DNA of 64,000 bases from Octopus sinensis (Eukaryota). Positions within the stretch are counted from its first letter, which is position 1; the number at the start of each line of letters is the position of its first letter. The stretch is taken from assembly GCF_006345805.1 (NCBI RefSeq), contig NC_043005.1, forward strand, positions 47,864,001-47,928,000, read 5' to 3'. This document shows positions 22,595-35,400 of this stretch, piece by piece. Both the position numbers and the translations under genes were made by a program. Below the pieces are notes generated by a model. The model had not been told where the DNA came from. It was given only the letters and a program-made list of their open reading frames with translations, and searched no databases.

Positions 22595-23842
22595 ACACAG
22601 ACATGACAGAAGTAAATAGACACCTCATAAAACATCATTTTATGTTTTTTTAAAATTTGAATAGGTTTATTTGACATTTTCATGTTTCAGGTTTTATATG
22701 TGACTGTTTAATCATGCCACATACAAAAGAAATCTTGGAACTGCCCGAATTTCATAGAGACTGTATTGTGGGTCAATCTGAAGGTGGACTTCATCAGCAT
22801 AAAATCACAGAAAACCGAGGGATCCTACTTTTTTCAGTTAATACATTGATTGTGCAATTCAGGGGAGAGGGAAGGAGTTCCCATCACATAGTGCAGGTCG
22901 ATCAGGGATCTCTGACAGGATACTTCGCTTTGTTAAGAGAAGCGTGGAAGATAATCCTCATTGCAAAACCTTTGGCAGAGTAGAACAAGTTGATGTCAGT
23001 CCCAGAACAGCTGTTACATATCTCTACAAACTTGGCTACTATGGAAACCACTTCTTTGACCAGCCAATTTCAAGTGGAGAAAAGATTGGGCCAGTGTGAT
23101 GGGGGAGAGGCCACTATATTATAGGACACTAACATATTCTCTGATGAGTCCAGATATGCTGTATTTTCTGACAGCGATTAGGTGTTGATCTGGAAACCTT
23201 GTGATCAAGTATTTGACATGAAAAGATTGCAGCCAACAATGAAACACTGTGACTGTTCTGTGATGGTCTGGGAGAGGAATTTGGAGCAACGGTTGATCAG
23301 AGCAGGCAGAGTGTGAGGGAAACATAGACTTAGATAAATATGTGTCCATAATGCAGAAAGGACTCCTCCCAATCTTCTCCAGTGGTGGAATGATTAAAGA
23401 CACTTTATTTATGGGAGATGGGGTTTCTCATCACATGGTTAAAAAGATCCAAGTTTGGTTGGAAGAGAATGGCATTATAAAACTTCCATGGGCAAGCCAT
23501 TCACCAGATATGAACCCTATTGAACACCTCTGGGGCATAATGGACAGGATGATTCACAAAAGGACCAAGAAAGCATCCTTAATACCAGATCTTTTTAGAT
23601 TACTGCATGAAACTTGGAAAGAAATTCCTCAAGAGAATATTTGTCATCAGATCATTAACATGCCTAATGGGGGCCTTGCATTGAAAAATGTAAAAGGCAT
23701 CGTTATTAAATATTAAATATTCACATTATGATAATTAATAAATAATTGAATGCACAATTTCAGACTTAAGTAAATTGTAACAATCATAAGTGTGTCTGGG
23801 TATATGATGTCTACATATTCTTTTAGCCAACACACTCTGTTA
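22595..23842 (+). mobile_element. Decayed Tc1-family (DD34E-like) transposon
   Basis: MPHTKEILELPEFHRDCIVGQSEGG (paired-like HTH); IFSDES; SVMVW; FMGDGVSHH...WLEENGI..LPWASHSPDMNPIEHLWG. Multiple frameshifts; degenerate TIRs. Confidence 0.9.
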
Positions 23843-23868
23843 CAATATTTGCAAATAATACAACTACA

Positions 23869-23915
<47 letters not shown>

Positions 23916-24103
23916 AGTTATATAATTAGGGTTCAGTAAAATAATTTACTTTACCACACACTGAACTTTTAGAAATAGCAGCCAAAAAATCTTAGCTATT
24001 TCTTCTACTATAAGAAATATCTCCCAGACAATGTATACTCAAAAATAATTCACGCAGGTATGGAGGGAAAAATAACAAAAGATCACATGTACATTAAGAT
24101 TAC

Positions 24104-24165
24104 TTGAGAACGTACGTTTCTAGATTAGTTGAATTTAAAAATCAACATTTCCTTCGTCAGCTCAA
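24104..24165 (-). ncRNA. Type I HHR, left arm of foldback
   Basis: Exact reverse complement of 24471-24532. Confidence 0.7.
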
Positions 24166-24470
24166 AGATTTCTTAGATTTGGATTTGAGAGCACTAAAAA
24201 TCGAACATACCCGTCTGATATGAGTAAACCCAGACAAACCATCTTCGACCGCCAGTACCAACGAATTCAAACAGTACGAATGAAGCTTTGCATTCATCCC
24301 GCTTTGTTTACTCTATAACTCACGTGGGTGGAAGCGGGATGAATGCAAAGCTTCATTCGTACTGTTTGAATTCGTTGGTACTGGCAGTCGAAGGTGGTTT
24401 GTCTGGGTTTACTCATATCAGACGGGTATGTTCGATTTTTAGTGCTCTCAAGTCCAAATCTAAGAAATCT

Positions 24471-24532
24471 TTGAGCTGACGAAGGAAATGTTGATTTTTA
24501 AATTCAACTAATCTAGAAACGTACGTTCTCAA
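24471..24532 (+). ncRNA. Type I HHR, right arm of foldback
   Basis: UUGAG-CUGACGA-AGGAAAUGUUGA uuuuuaaau UCAACUAAUCUA-GAAAC-GUAC-GU-U-CUCAA. Intact core, 5-bp helix I, ACGUACGU helix III. Confidence 0.7.
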
Positions 24533-24824
24533 GTAATCTTAATGTACATGTGATCTTTTGTTATTTTTCCCTCCATACCTGCGTGAATTATTTTCGAGTA
24601 TACATTGTCTGGGAGATTTTTCTTATAGTAGAAGAAATAGCTAAGATTTTTTTGGCTGCTATTTCTAAAAGTTCAGTGTGTGGTAAAGTAAATTATTTTA
24701 CTGAACCCTAATTATATAACGTAATGTTTTAAATATACCTTAAATGGTCCTCTTACATACTGAACACTACTTGGTAAAATTAATTTATAATTAATTGATT
24801 TTACTCTTTTATTATTGATATATG

Positions 24825-24858
<34 letters not shown>

Positions 24859-24874
24859 TGCATATATATATATT

Positions 24875-25280
24875 TCTTTATTCTTTTACTTGTTTCAGTC
24901 AGTTGACTGCAGCCATGTTGGAGCACCACCTTCAAGGGTTTTAGTCAAGGAACTTGACCCCAGGACTTATTCTTTGTAAGCCTAGTACTTATTCTGTCAG
25001 TCTCTTTTGCTGAACTACTAAGGGGATGTAAACACACCAACATTGGTTGTCAAGTGATGGTGGGGGTGAAAATGACACAAAGACTTACACACATAAATAC
25101 ATACATACATATATATATATGTATATATACGATGGGCTTCTTTTCGGTTTCCATCTACCAAATTCACTCACAAGGACTTGGTCAGCCCATGGCTATAATA
25201 GAAGACTCTTGCCCAAAGTGCCACACTGTGGGACTGAACCCAGTACCATATGATTGAGAAGCAAGCTTCTTACCACACAA
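24875..25280 (-). mobile_element. SINE family A
   Basis: Family A tail, body and head on the minus strand. Confidence 0.85.
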
Positions 25281-25892
25281 CCTTTACCTATATATACAAA
25301 TACACACACACACACACACACACACACAACACACACACACACACACACACACAACACACACACAATATTTTAATGGAAAGAAAACATGGTATAGGTTGAC
25401 AGGTGATGTTGCAATCCTCAGTTGAGATTTCAAAAGTGACTGTATTTAATCCCGTTATAGCATCCTTAACGAATTAATCCATCTAGTTTACTTGAACCCT
25501 TAATGAAAGTAGATTTATAAGCAATATGTTTGTCTGTGGATGGTTTAAGAGGATACATAATTGCTGATGAAACTCAAACACAGGATTAAAACTGTTCCCT
25601 ATTTTCTATGTTCATGAAAATACTGTAGATGCACATAAATAGTTTCCATTTGTCATACCATAAAGTGTTTGTGGAAAAATCTACAGAAATGTTCTTAAAT
25701 ATAGGAGAGCAAAGAATCAAAATGCACACTAGTAATTTAATATTTAGTTATTATAAGACAGCAAGCTAGTAGAAATGGTAGCACCCTGGGAAAACTGCTC
25801 AGTGGCATTTTGTCCATCTTTATGTTCTGAGTTCAAATTCTTCTGAGGTCAACTTTGCCTTGTATCCTTTCAGAGTCAATGTAATCAAATTA

Positions 25893-26110
25893 TAAAGGAG
25901 TGTTGAAAAGTTCCTGGCTTTCGGGGTATCACAAAAGGCCTGGTTGGATACCCGACCTTTAATGTTCTTTTACAGGGCTTAGAGAAACTGAAGAACTACT
26001 GCAATAAGTCTGTGCATCTGAGAGGGGAATATCTTGAATAAAATCATAATTAACTGATTTTCCTCTGTTTTCTTTTACCTAAAGCCAGGAACTTTTCAGC
26101 ACCGCCTTGA
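25893..26110 (+). mobile_element. Mariner-derived MITE
   Basis: TIRs GGAGTGTTGAAAAGTTCCTGGCTTT / AAAGCCAGGAACTTTTCAGCACC. Internal GLEKLKNYCNKSVHLRGEYLE* is a mariner C-terminus. Confidence 0.85.
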
Positions 26111-26271
26111 ACCTTGAAATTGCTGGCCTTGAGCCAAAATTTTAAACCGATATTCAGCTATTATATGTTTAGAAGTATTAGTGGCATAAAATTATGGCAA
26201 AAAAAAAAACAAAATAACTGAGTGGCAAAAATGTAGAACATCAGATAATTCATTTTTTATGGTTCAATCAG

Positions 26272-26327
26272 AGCAAGCAGTACAGTGCCCATAACCTTTG
26301 AAGGCTCTGTAGGAACTTATGATAAAG
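26272..26327 (+). CDS. Candidate small exon of an unidentified host gene (ASSTVPITFEGSVGTYDK; GC donor)
   Basis: AG acceptor and AAG|GCAAGG donor; open in one frame only. No homology recognised. Confidence 0.2.
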
Positions 26328-27194
26328 GCAAGGGAAGAAGAAATCACAAGTAGCACATCTAAATGATAATTTATCTTTCCATAGATCAGAGATCTAGTAA
26401 GAATGTCTGAACCCAAGAGACAGATGGTGGTGTTAAATTGAGCAGTGTTTTGTTCTAGCCTTCTAGATATTGAGTTCAAATCATGCTGAGGTCAACTTTG
26501 ATTTCCATTCTTCCTGGGTCAATAAGTACTTGTCATGTACTGGGATTGATTTATTACACAATACCCATCTAGCTAAAAATGTTTGGCCTTGCGCCAAAGC
26601 TAGGAATCATTAATTATAAAACCTTATGCAGGCAGTGCTCTGGAATGACATTAGCTGTAGTGGCATTAGCTATGATGGTTAAAGCATATTAGAGAACTAA
26701 AGAAAATTATCTTTCCTATTTTTGTCTGTATTGTCAATTTTGGGACAGATTTTGTTATCATCTTCAGATACTAAAATGTTTACATGTAAATATATTCTTG
26801 GGTGACAGTTGTTAATAATATTTCTATCTCAGTTTAAGTATATTTATACATACTGAAAATATACACTTGAAGACAATTCATTAATTCTTTTATTTTTTTT
26901 TTACTAGTTTCAGTCATTGGACTGAAGCCATATTAGGGCATTGCCTTCAAAGGTTTTAGTTGGACATATTGATCCCCTACATATTTTGGTACTTATTTTG
27001 TCATTCTCAAAGTGTCAAACTACTAAGTTATGGTAAAGAAACACAACATAAAAAACACCATATCAGTATAAAACACTAGTCTTATTTATTAAAACAGCTG
27101 TCTATAGGAATATAAAGACACAGCTGATAGTACAGTTAATTCATATTATCATATTTTATAAGGATACTTTATAGTGTTCATCTATTTTCAATAG

Positions 27195-27212
27195 ATGCAT
27201 CTGTAGAATATG
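27195..27212 (+). CDS. Candidate 18-nt microexon
   Basis: ttttcaatag|ATGCATCTGTAGAATATG|gtatgt. Confidence 0.25.
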
Positions 27213-27232
27213 GTATGTGATACACAGGGTAA

Positions 27233-27619
27233 TCTCTCTATATATAAAGCTGAAGTTGTCTGTGTATGGCAGGTTTGGTAGCCTTCAACTAACACTATCT
27301 CCTCCGAGACCCTGTGACACAAGTTGACCAAAATTGAGAGTATGATAGAAGGCTTGCTCTTTCTTCCGCAGAAGAAAAAATTCAAATTGGACCATGTTAA
27401 CACCAAAACTTATTTACATCAAAAAGGTGCTTTTTTTTCTATGAAAATCCCTAATTTTTACAATTTTTTTACTGCTGTGTCACCATTTTTTGATGTATTT
27501 CAACCAGAAAAATGTTCACTTAAAGAGCTACATGATGCAAAATATTTACTTTTCAAAAACTCCAATTCTAAAGGGTCGAAAAGAAAACAAACCTGAGCAA
27601 TGCCGGGCAATACTGCTAG
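27233..27619 (+). mobile_element. Non-autonomous Helitron
   Basis: A|TCTCTCTATATATAAAGCTG ... subterminal hairpin CCTGAGCAATGCCGGG ... CTAG|T, no TSD. Confidence 0.85.
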
Positions 27620-28127
27620 TATCTGGTAAAAATAAGATGAGACATTCAAATATGCTGACATTATTTCATATGTTGCTAAATCTTGTTATCAATCAAATCA
27701 AGAAATTCCTCCTCATTTAACCCTTTTGTGTGCATAGTAGTAATTTTATTTTCTTAGCATTAGATTGCTAACTCACTTTTGAAAAGTAAATGTATGTATG
27801 TAATATGCCCATGAATGTGTTGATATCTGCGTGTATTTGTGTTTTTGTTTGTACGCAGTGCTTAAACATCCAGAAAATGCACCTATTCAAGATAATGGCA
27901 GTAACTCGTTTTATAACTGTTTTTATTTTAATTACTTGAGGAGAGCAAAGCTTAGTAGAAAGAGAACTGTGTTTTCTATGATCTCATTTTAAAGTCTTTA
28001 TTTCTCTAATTTATCATGTTGACATCCTTCAAGGTCTTTATGGGCAAGAAGTTTACATTAAAAGATAGAATTCTTTTCAACTTACTTATGCACAAGACAC
28101 TTTACAAATACCTGTGCATAATTTCAG

Positions 28128-28162
28128 TGGGAAGCTGGTCTTTCCAAAAGAAACCCTAATAG
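28128..28162 (+). CDS. Candidate small exon (WEAGLSKRNPNR)
   Basis: ataatttcag|...AATAG|gtagtg; phase-compatible with 34580-34632. Confidence 0.25.
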
Positions 28163-28745
28163 GTAGTGTTGTCATTAAGAATATAATTAGTTTTGCTCTT
28201 ATAAAAGGGTATTTCAACTTCATCTGTTATTTATGCAGACAATATAAAAGTATAAAACAAGACAATACATTAAGGAAAGATAGTATTATATGTCATGTAA
28301 AGAAACCTAGGAATGTCTCACCAATGCTATAGCAGGATTAGAAACAGAAAGAAGAAAAAAAAAATTCATGCAAATATATCTCACTGCAAAATCTTGAGCG
28401 AAAATGCCAAAGGAAAGGGACAGCTTAAATATACATCTAAAAGAAACAATTAGTGAATCTTAGTTGTTTTTCTTCTCTGCTTACTGATATTCTTAAGAAT
28501 TAGATTTAACAGTGTTTGACCAATGAAATAATGATTTAGCTACCGGTTAGGTTCCATCAATTAACAGCCATAGGCTTTAACAAGAAATTCACTTCCCACA
28601 TGTATCAAGTGAAGAAAACTGATTTATCTTACAAAATCATTCACCAAACTTTGGACATTTCCTTTTATATTTCTCGTTGGAACCTTATTTTTCTTCACTG
28701 CTAATATGCACACTGAGTTGTGGATGACATATCATTACTTACAAA

Positions 28746-28803
<58 letters not shown>

Positions 28804-29377
28804 ATATACATACATATTTATATATACACACATATGCATATATATGCATATATATAGATAGATAGACATCCACACACATATAAACACATATGTTAAGGTA
28901 TGTATATATATATATATGTATACATATACATATATATATATGCGTATGCACACACACAAACATGCACATACACACAAACACAAACACACAAAGTAATATG
29001 TTTGTATGTTGATATCGCTCAAGTAGAAATTATCATAGGAAAAAAATTGTTTCTGACTATACCAAAAGAAAGTTCTTGAATATAAATATGTATGTTAGGT
29101 TCTGGAGGTGTACAAAGTTATTGTGTAGTTTATAAGATTATCAAAATATGTGACAACATAAAGTTAGAGAAATAAATTAATAAGACTTCAAAACTAATTT
29201 CTTTTTCTTTTTTTTTTGTATAAACAGGGGAAATGAATGACAGAAGCTAAAGAAATTATAGAAATAACAACATACCACATATGTATATATATAAATACAC
29301 ATACATATATAATAATATATAGACCCAAATATGTGCGTGTGTGTTTGTAGACATAAAACACACACACAAACATGCAC

Positions 29378-29462
<85 letters not shown>

Positions 29463-29496
29463 GAAGGATAGTGAGAGAGATGCAAACCTATATGCA

Positions 29497-29538
<42 letters not shown>

Positions 29539-29540
<2 letters not shown>

Positions 29541-30310
29541 GGGTTCAGTGAATAAACTGTCGTCTAAATTACACAAAAAGGAAAATAACACTCACATCTA
29601 TTTTTACAGATATATTTACCAAAATTACATACAAATTTCTTGAAATACTACAGAGTACATTTATTCAATAAAATCGCCATTGGCTTCAACCACAGCCTTC
29701 AGTTGACTTCGGAATCTCCTGCAACTCTTCTGGACAGTCTCATTGTTTAAGTTGGTGAATATGCTTTAATCCTTACCTTCTGTTCATCTTTGGTGTTACA
29801 AAGAGTTTTGCTGGTCTCTTGCTCAACTGCACCCCACACATAATAATCAAGGGGGCTGCAGTCTTGGGAGTTAGGTAGCCAGATGTTAGAGGGGATGTGG
29901 TTGTAGAAATTTTCTGGAAGCCATGACTGGGTTCTCCTGTTTGTGTGGCATGGTACAGAGTCCTGTTGCCAGACATAGGGTCTTCCAGCAGCCACCCTGT
30001 TGACCCAGGGTAACACTACCTCCTCCAGGCACTTGGTGTAGGCCTCCATGTTCAGTGTGAGGCCATGTGGGAAGATGGAGACATAACATCGCCATCACAA
30101 TGACTGAAACAAACAGAGGATAATAGATAAAAGACAAATGTCATCCAGCTATAAAACAATACCTCAAAATGTCCCATCCAATGCATGTTGATATGGAAAA
30201 GGAGGCATAAAATGGTACCAGCGCCAACACTGATGCAGTCACCTATGATACTAACAGCAATATGATAATGATGATGAATTGTCAATCTTTGATTGTCATC
30301 AGGTGTCATA
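29539..30310 (-). mobile_element. DD37D/maT-family transposase 3' part with TIR
   Basis: EEVVLPWVNRVAAGRPYVWQQDSVPCHT...WLPNSQDCSPLDYYVWG; TIR-like CAGGGTTCAGTG at 29539. Confidence 0.85.
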
Positions 30311-31399
30311 TTTTTAGATTTGTATACAATCTCACTTGTGGTTTCGAGCTAAGAACATTCATCTCTAAACAAGTTATGTTCATATCCGTGTTCACTTAGT
30401 TGCTTGACAAGGAAACCACTGCCCTAAGTTAAAAAATATATTTTCTTAGTTGAGATCCTATCTATGAATTTGTACATATCCAAGAATGATAACATTCAAA
30501 GACTGAACAAATTAAAGTAGTGTAGATATAGATATTGTAACAAAGTTCATAGTCTCAAAACTTAAAATCTAAACTTATGTATTGTTTATATCTATGAGGT
30601 AAAATCTCTTCAAATATTGATCCCATTTTTAAAGGGTTTTAAATTAATATTTTATTTCATATTTTCTGTAATTCTTCATCTTGAAATCTCAAATTACTAC
30701 TCATTTCTTATTGGTTGAAAGCAATTTAGATTATTTCCTTCAGGGCAGTGCTCCTACTTGGCCATAAATAATGAAGAATGATTTAGCTTTCAGTCCTTCC
30801 ATAAGTCACTCTCTGGTCTAAGCAGACCTATGTTTCTTTACTATTCTCCTTAGTTAAATTTCAGCTGTTCACCTGGAATGAAAAACTTAAGATTAAGACT
30901 AATTACAAAGAAATTAATAAATTTTTCAGCCATACAGGCAAATAATATAAATTCATATAACGTTATTCCTTGTTCTTGTTTAATCCTAGAGCAGTTTTGA
31001 GTGAGCAATTCTATGATCAAAGCCCTTCCAAACCTGATTCTCATATCTTTCCAGAGATAATTGCAACTACGTTATCTAATATATCCTTTATTTAATACAC
31101 AAGAGGGATGTAGCAGTTAGGGCTAGAAGGTTGAATAACAATGAAGTGTCACCTCCATTGGCTCACTCCCTTCTATAATTTCCTTTTCATTGCTTGTGTG
31201 GTTGAAATATTTACACTGTTCATAATTCTGCTCCATTAAAACTGAGTCTCAAACAACGTGCACAATTTTCATTTTAAAGTCTTTAAAAATTTTATATAAA
31301 CACATGAACATTTAAAAGTGTAGATATAGATATTGTAGTGCAGATATAGACGTAGTTTTGATGAGACGTTATATGGAGCTAAGGCAAAGAACAAATGAA

Positions 31400-31690
31400 G
31401 TTTCGATTAGGGAGCAAATATTTAAGAAAAGTGGAAGTGGATTGGTAGCACAATTAGAAAAGACACACCGAATGTAGTGAAAAGTGCTTTACAGTGGAAA
31501 CCGGATGGATATAGAAGGAGAGGTAGGCCTAAGAGCTCGTGGCAGAGATCAACACAAAAGGAACTAGAGAAAGGGAAACATTCGTGGCAGAGTATAAGTA
31601 CAGAAGCGAAAAATTATGCGATATGGAATTCAACTATAAGTGGCCAATACTCTGCATTGGAGGGTTAAAGGCATAAATAAAGAAGAAAGA
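31400..31690 (+). mobile_element. RTE/RTEX LINE 3' fragment
   Basis: WKWIGSTIRK...ALQWKPDGYRRRGRPKSSWQRS, the RTE C-terminal RGRP motif. Confidence 0.8.
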
Positions 31691-32923
31691 AGAACATTTA
31701 AAAACAAGCACATTATTCATAAGTTTTATAAGATTAATAAAATATGCTTTTCTATAATTTTTATAAGATTTGGGCTAAATTTTCAAATTTAAAACCCTTT
31801 CTTTAACTGTCTGTGCAAAGCACACCAGTAATTTAATTTTTTTATATAACTGACACCAGTGATTTTTTTTTTTTTACTTGAATTCCACTACCCAACAAAG
31901 TCAAATCAATGACTGAAAATTCCTGCCGATGATTAAGTCAGTAACTTGGAGTTACATTAATTTCTGAGTCACCTGTATTCTGTGGTTTCTTGAATTGCAT
32001 AGAAATATTTGAAAAGTAAATTATATTATAAATCACTGCAGTGACAATTTTTATCTTTCCTATTTCAGTTTATTCAAAAGGTCCCCTGATATTTACATGT
32101 CTTATATAGATTGATCACCATTGAAAATATTGCAGTATTCAATAGACATGCAGAAGAAAATCTGGAATCAAAATCATTACTGAATCAGTGATGAAATATG
32201 TCTGGTTTCTGTTCTTCTGCTGGTAACATTACATTTCACAGCATTTATCAATGGATATGCTACAAGAAACACTGAGCTAAAAGCATTTCAGTTGACCCCA
32301 GTTTCAACAAGACAATCAATAAATGGTAGTATCTCAGCACTTATCACAGACTAACCTCTTACAAAATCCATTTAATTCTTCTTTATAAAGACCATCATTT
32401 CTTCTTCAGCTGTTTTAGTGGATCTTTTACAGATTACTCTTTCCCAATGTCACAATATATTGAACTCTCTTCTGTTGAAAATAACTTCCTTTGTTACTTT
32501 CCTTAAATTACTGGATCCTAAAATTCAGATGTTTCTTTATCAAATGGAATGTGCATACACATTTTGTTCAAAAGTTTAGTGCATGTTTCATGTACACTTA
32601 ATATGGTTAATTTTCTTGAACAAACTTGTTGAAGTTTATTTTGAAAACTTACAGGATGTTTGAGCTAAATTTGAGGATGTTTTAGGAAATCTCCTTTCCC
32701 TGAGGAACAGCATGATATATTGGTAAACAGTCAATAGCACTGGAGAACATAGTTTTAAGTTGTAGCTGGGAGAAAGTTAGCTGACGTGGAGGACTCAAAG
32801 CTATTTGAATATTGGGAAAGAGTTACCTGTATCATGATGGTTCATATCAGGAGTTGAAATGCCTACAAAATGATTGCTGCTCAATGCTCTGTAAACACCA
32901 TAAAGGCTATAAGACATGATATA

Positions 32924-33342
32924 CTCTCTTTCTCTTTTACTCTCTTTTACTTGTTTCAGTCTTTTGACTGCGGCCATGCTGGAGCACCGCCTTTAGTCGA
33001 GCAAATCGACCCCGGGACTTATTCTTTGTAAGCCCAGTACTTATTCTATCGGTCTCTTTTGCCGAACTGCTAAGTGACGTGGACGTAAACACACCAGCAT
33101 CGGTTGTCAAGCAATGCTAGGGAGACAAACACAGACACACAAACACATACATACATACATATATATATATACATATATACGACAGGCTTCTTTCAGTTTC
33201 CGTCTACCAAATCCACTCACAAGGCTTTGGTCAGCCCAGGGCTATAGCAGAAGACACTTGCCCAAGATGCCACGCAGTGGGACTGAACCTGGAACCATGT
33301 GGTTGGTTAGCAAGCTACTTACCACACAGCCACTCCTGCGCC
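32924..33342 (-). mobile_element. Full-length, young SINE family A copy
   Basis: GGCGCAGGAGTGGCTGTGTGGTAAG head, GGTTCAGTCCC B box, CORE-like CTTGGGCAAGTGTCTTCT, tail (AGTAAAAGAG)n. CpGs retained. Confidence 0.9.
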
Positions 33343-33351
33343 TATGGATAT

Positions 33352-33960
33352 CATGAAAACTAAGTTTTCTCAGATTATGATGGTCTTTGGGTGAGACTTC
33401 AGTGAAGTTGACATCATGCCACCCCACATCTTTGAACAGGGCTTTAGGCTCAATTCAGACAGTTATGTGAAACTGTTGGAAAATGTGTTCAATCCCTGGA
33501 TAAAGAGGGTTGCTGGTGGAAGGCTTTATACATGGCAGCAGAATTTAGCTCCTTGCCATACCTCTGGATTGAGTGAGACATGGTTGTCAGAGAATTTTGA
33601 TGATATCACCAAACCCAATATCTGGCCTCCTAATTCCTTCAGTTATAATCCCATAGATTACTGTGTGGGGTGTGATTGAGAAGGATGCCAACTGCTCTGC
33701 CTACGACATCAAGGCTGAGCTGTTAGCCAAAATCAAGGAGGTGACCAAAGATCTTCCTAGGGACACAGTGAGGAACACATGAGCCATGTTCGGGAACCAT
33801 CTTGAGTCAGTGGTGGAAGCTGAGGGTGGCTACTTTGAGTAAACTGTTATTTCCCACCATAATCTAGTTATTTTTTGATTTTTTAAAATACTTTTGATTT
33901 TGGATGGGATTTTATTTTCTTTCCCTTTTTTGCAAACTGTCAATTTCATCCCCCAAATCC
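33352..33960 (+). mobile_element. Second DD37D/maT transposase fragment
   Basis: MPPHIFEQG..LNSDSYVKLLE...WIKRVAGGR.YTWQQNLAPCHTS...WPPNS...NPIDY. Confidence 0.85.
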
Positions 33961-34579
33961 ATATGATTCAGGGTTCGATCTCACTGTGTGGTGCCTCAGA
34001 CAAATTTTACTGAAAAGTTTTGAGCAATGTTTGGTAGGTAGAAACTGTGCAAAAGCTTTTAATGTATGCATGTGTATGTATTTTAGTGAGGGGTGGTCTC
34101 CTCTGAATGAAAATACTTACCAATATTAAGACATCAGTTTTGCCCAGAATGACTTTGCTTTCCATCATTTCAGGGTTGATAAAATTAGTACCAGTTGAGT
34201 ACTAAGGTTGATGTAATCATCTTATCCCCTCCCCAAAACTGATGGCCTTGTGCCAAAATTTGAAACAAATATTAAGACATCATAGTTACTTCCCTTTAGT
34301 GATGCAGTTGAGACGGATAAAATGTCAAGTACTGAAGTCCTTCTAAAATATTATAACCATTGAACTTAGTGCCTCAGCATGGATATGGTTCCAAAAGACT
34401 GAATCCAATAAAAGAAAAGAATAAAAAAAATATCGTTATTCAATAGATTCTAGATAATTTATCTTTCCAACTGTCCTTACCCAACTGAAATATTTTAGCA
34501 GTATTGTTTTATTGTCAGTTTTCTCTTCTATTATTCTTTTGAACTTGCATTTGATATCAAATCCTATGTGTACTGCTAG

Positions 34580-34632
34580 AGAGGATGGAACTGTAGACAG
34601 TATAAGACTTCTTCTTAAATTTATGCTTGCTG
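34580..34632 (+). CDS. Candidate small exon (EDGTVDSIRLLLKFMLA)
   Basis: tactgctag|A GAG GAT...GCT G|gtaata; open in one frame only. Confidence 0.3.
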
Positions 34633-34704
34633 GTAATAAATTCTTGCTTAGATTTTAGATGTTCAAATTTCTTTATATTTTTGAATTGATACACTTATTA
34701 TAAG

Positions 34705-34970
34705 GTGGAGGCACGTGGCTTAGTGGTTAGGGTGTCAGCATCATGATCGTAAGATTGTGGTTTCGATTCCTGGACCAGGCGACGCGTTGTGTTCATGAGC
34801 AAAACACTTCATTTCATGTTGCTCCAGTTCACTCAGCTGGCAAAAATGAGTAACACTGCGATGGACTAGTGTCCCATCCAACTGGGGAACACATATGCCA
34901 TAGAAACTGGGAAACTGGGCCCATGAGCCTGGCTAGGCTTTAAAAAGGGTGCATTTATTAATGTTTTTTT
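34705..34970 (+). mobile_element. tRNA-derived SINE family C (V-domain-like, tentative) with 14-bp TSD
   Basis: ACACTTATTATAAG at 34691-34704 and 34971-34984. Head GGAGGCACGTGGCTTAGTGG; GCGATGGACTAGTGTCCCATCC. Confidence 0.85.
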
Positions 34971-35224
34971 ACACTTATTATAAGAATAAGAAGGAAAGAC
35001 AAAGAGAAAAAGACAGAAACCACTGGTTTTTAAATGATAAAATGGTTTGAATATCCAAAATCAAAGCTTGAAAAATGATACTAGTAAATATTCATTTAAA
35101 AATAACAAAGATCCTTGCCTCTTCATCAGTTATTCTTTTCTTTTACTGGTTTTAGTTCAAGAGCTGTGGCTGTGCTGGGGCACCACTATTGATGTTAGTA
35201 TCCTCATTTGTATTTTCTGTCACA

Positions 35225-35400
35225 AGGTAGGTTCATTCAAAACTTTTGACAGGAGGAGGTCCAGTTTCGTTTTGAAGACACCTACATCTACCCCATGGAT
35301 GTCTCTCAAGCCTTTTGGGAGGATATTGAAGAGTTGTAGGCTCTTGAAGCCCAAGCCGTTGCAATATCTGGTCTTGTTCTTTAAAGTTTTTAATAGTCAT
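35225..35400 (-). mobile_element. CR1/L2-group LINE C-terminal remnant
   Basis: Minus frame: RYCNGLGFKSLQLFNILPKGLRDIHGVDVGVFKTKLDLLLSKVLNEP (LFNxLP...FKxKLD motif). Confidence 0.8.

Larger units (their letters stand above)
23908..24820. mobile_element. Foldback element with about 397-bp near-perfect arms, related to the 558-bp array unit
   Basis: Arms 23908-24304 and 24332-24730 (centre sum 48636), 27-nt loop. The right arm continues to a terminus homologous to the start of the array unit. (TA)n on both sides. Confidence 0.97.

Noticed and set aside
32150-32520. Possible exons or an ancient LINE endonuclease remnant (also about 37150-37420, 47150-47400 and 49680-49990)
   Set aside because: All frames contain stops and the motif similarity is too weak to call.
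35257-35340. Apparent + strand terminal exon EEVQFRFEDTYIYPMDVSQAFWEDIEEL*
   Set aside because: The minus strand reads as a CR1/L2-group LINE C-terminus, so this is the antisense of a retroelement.
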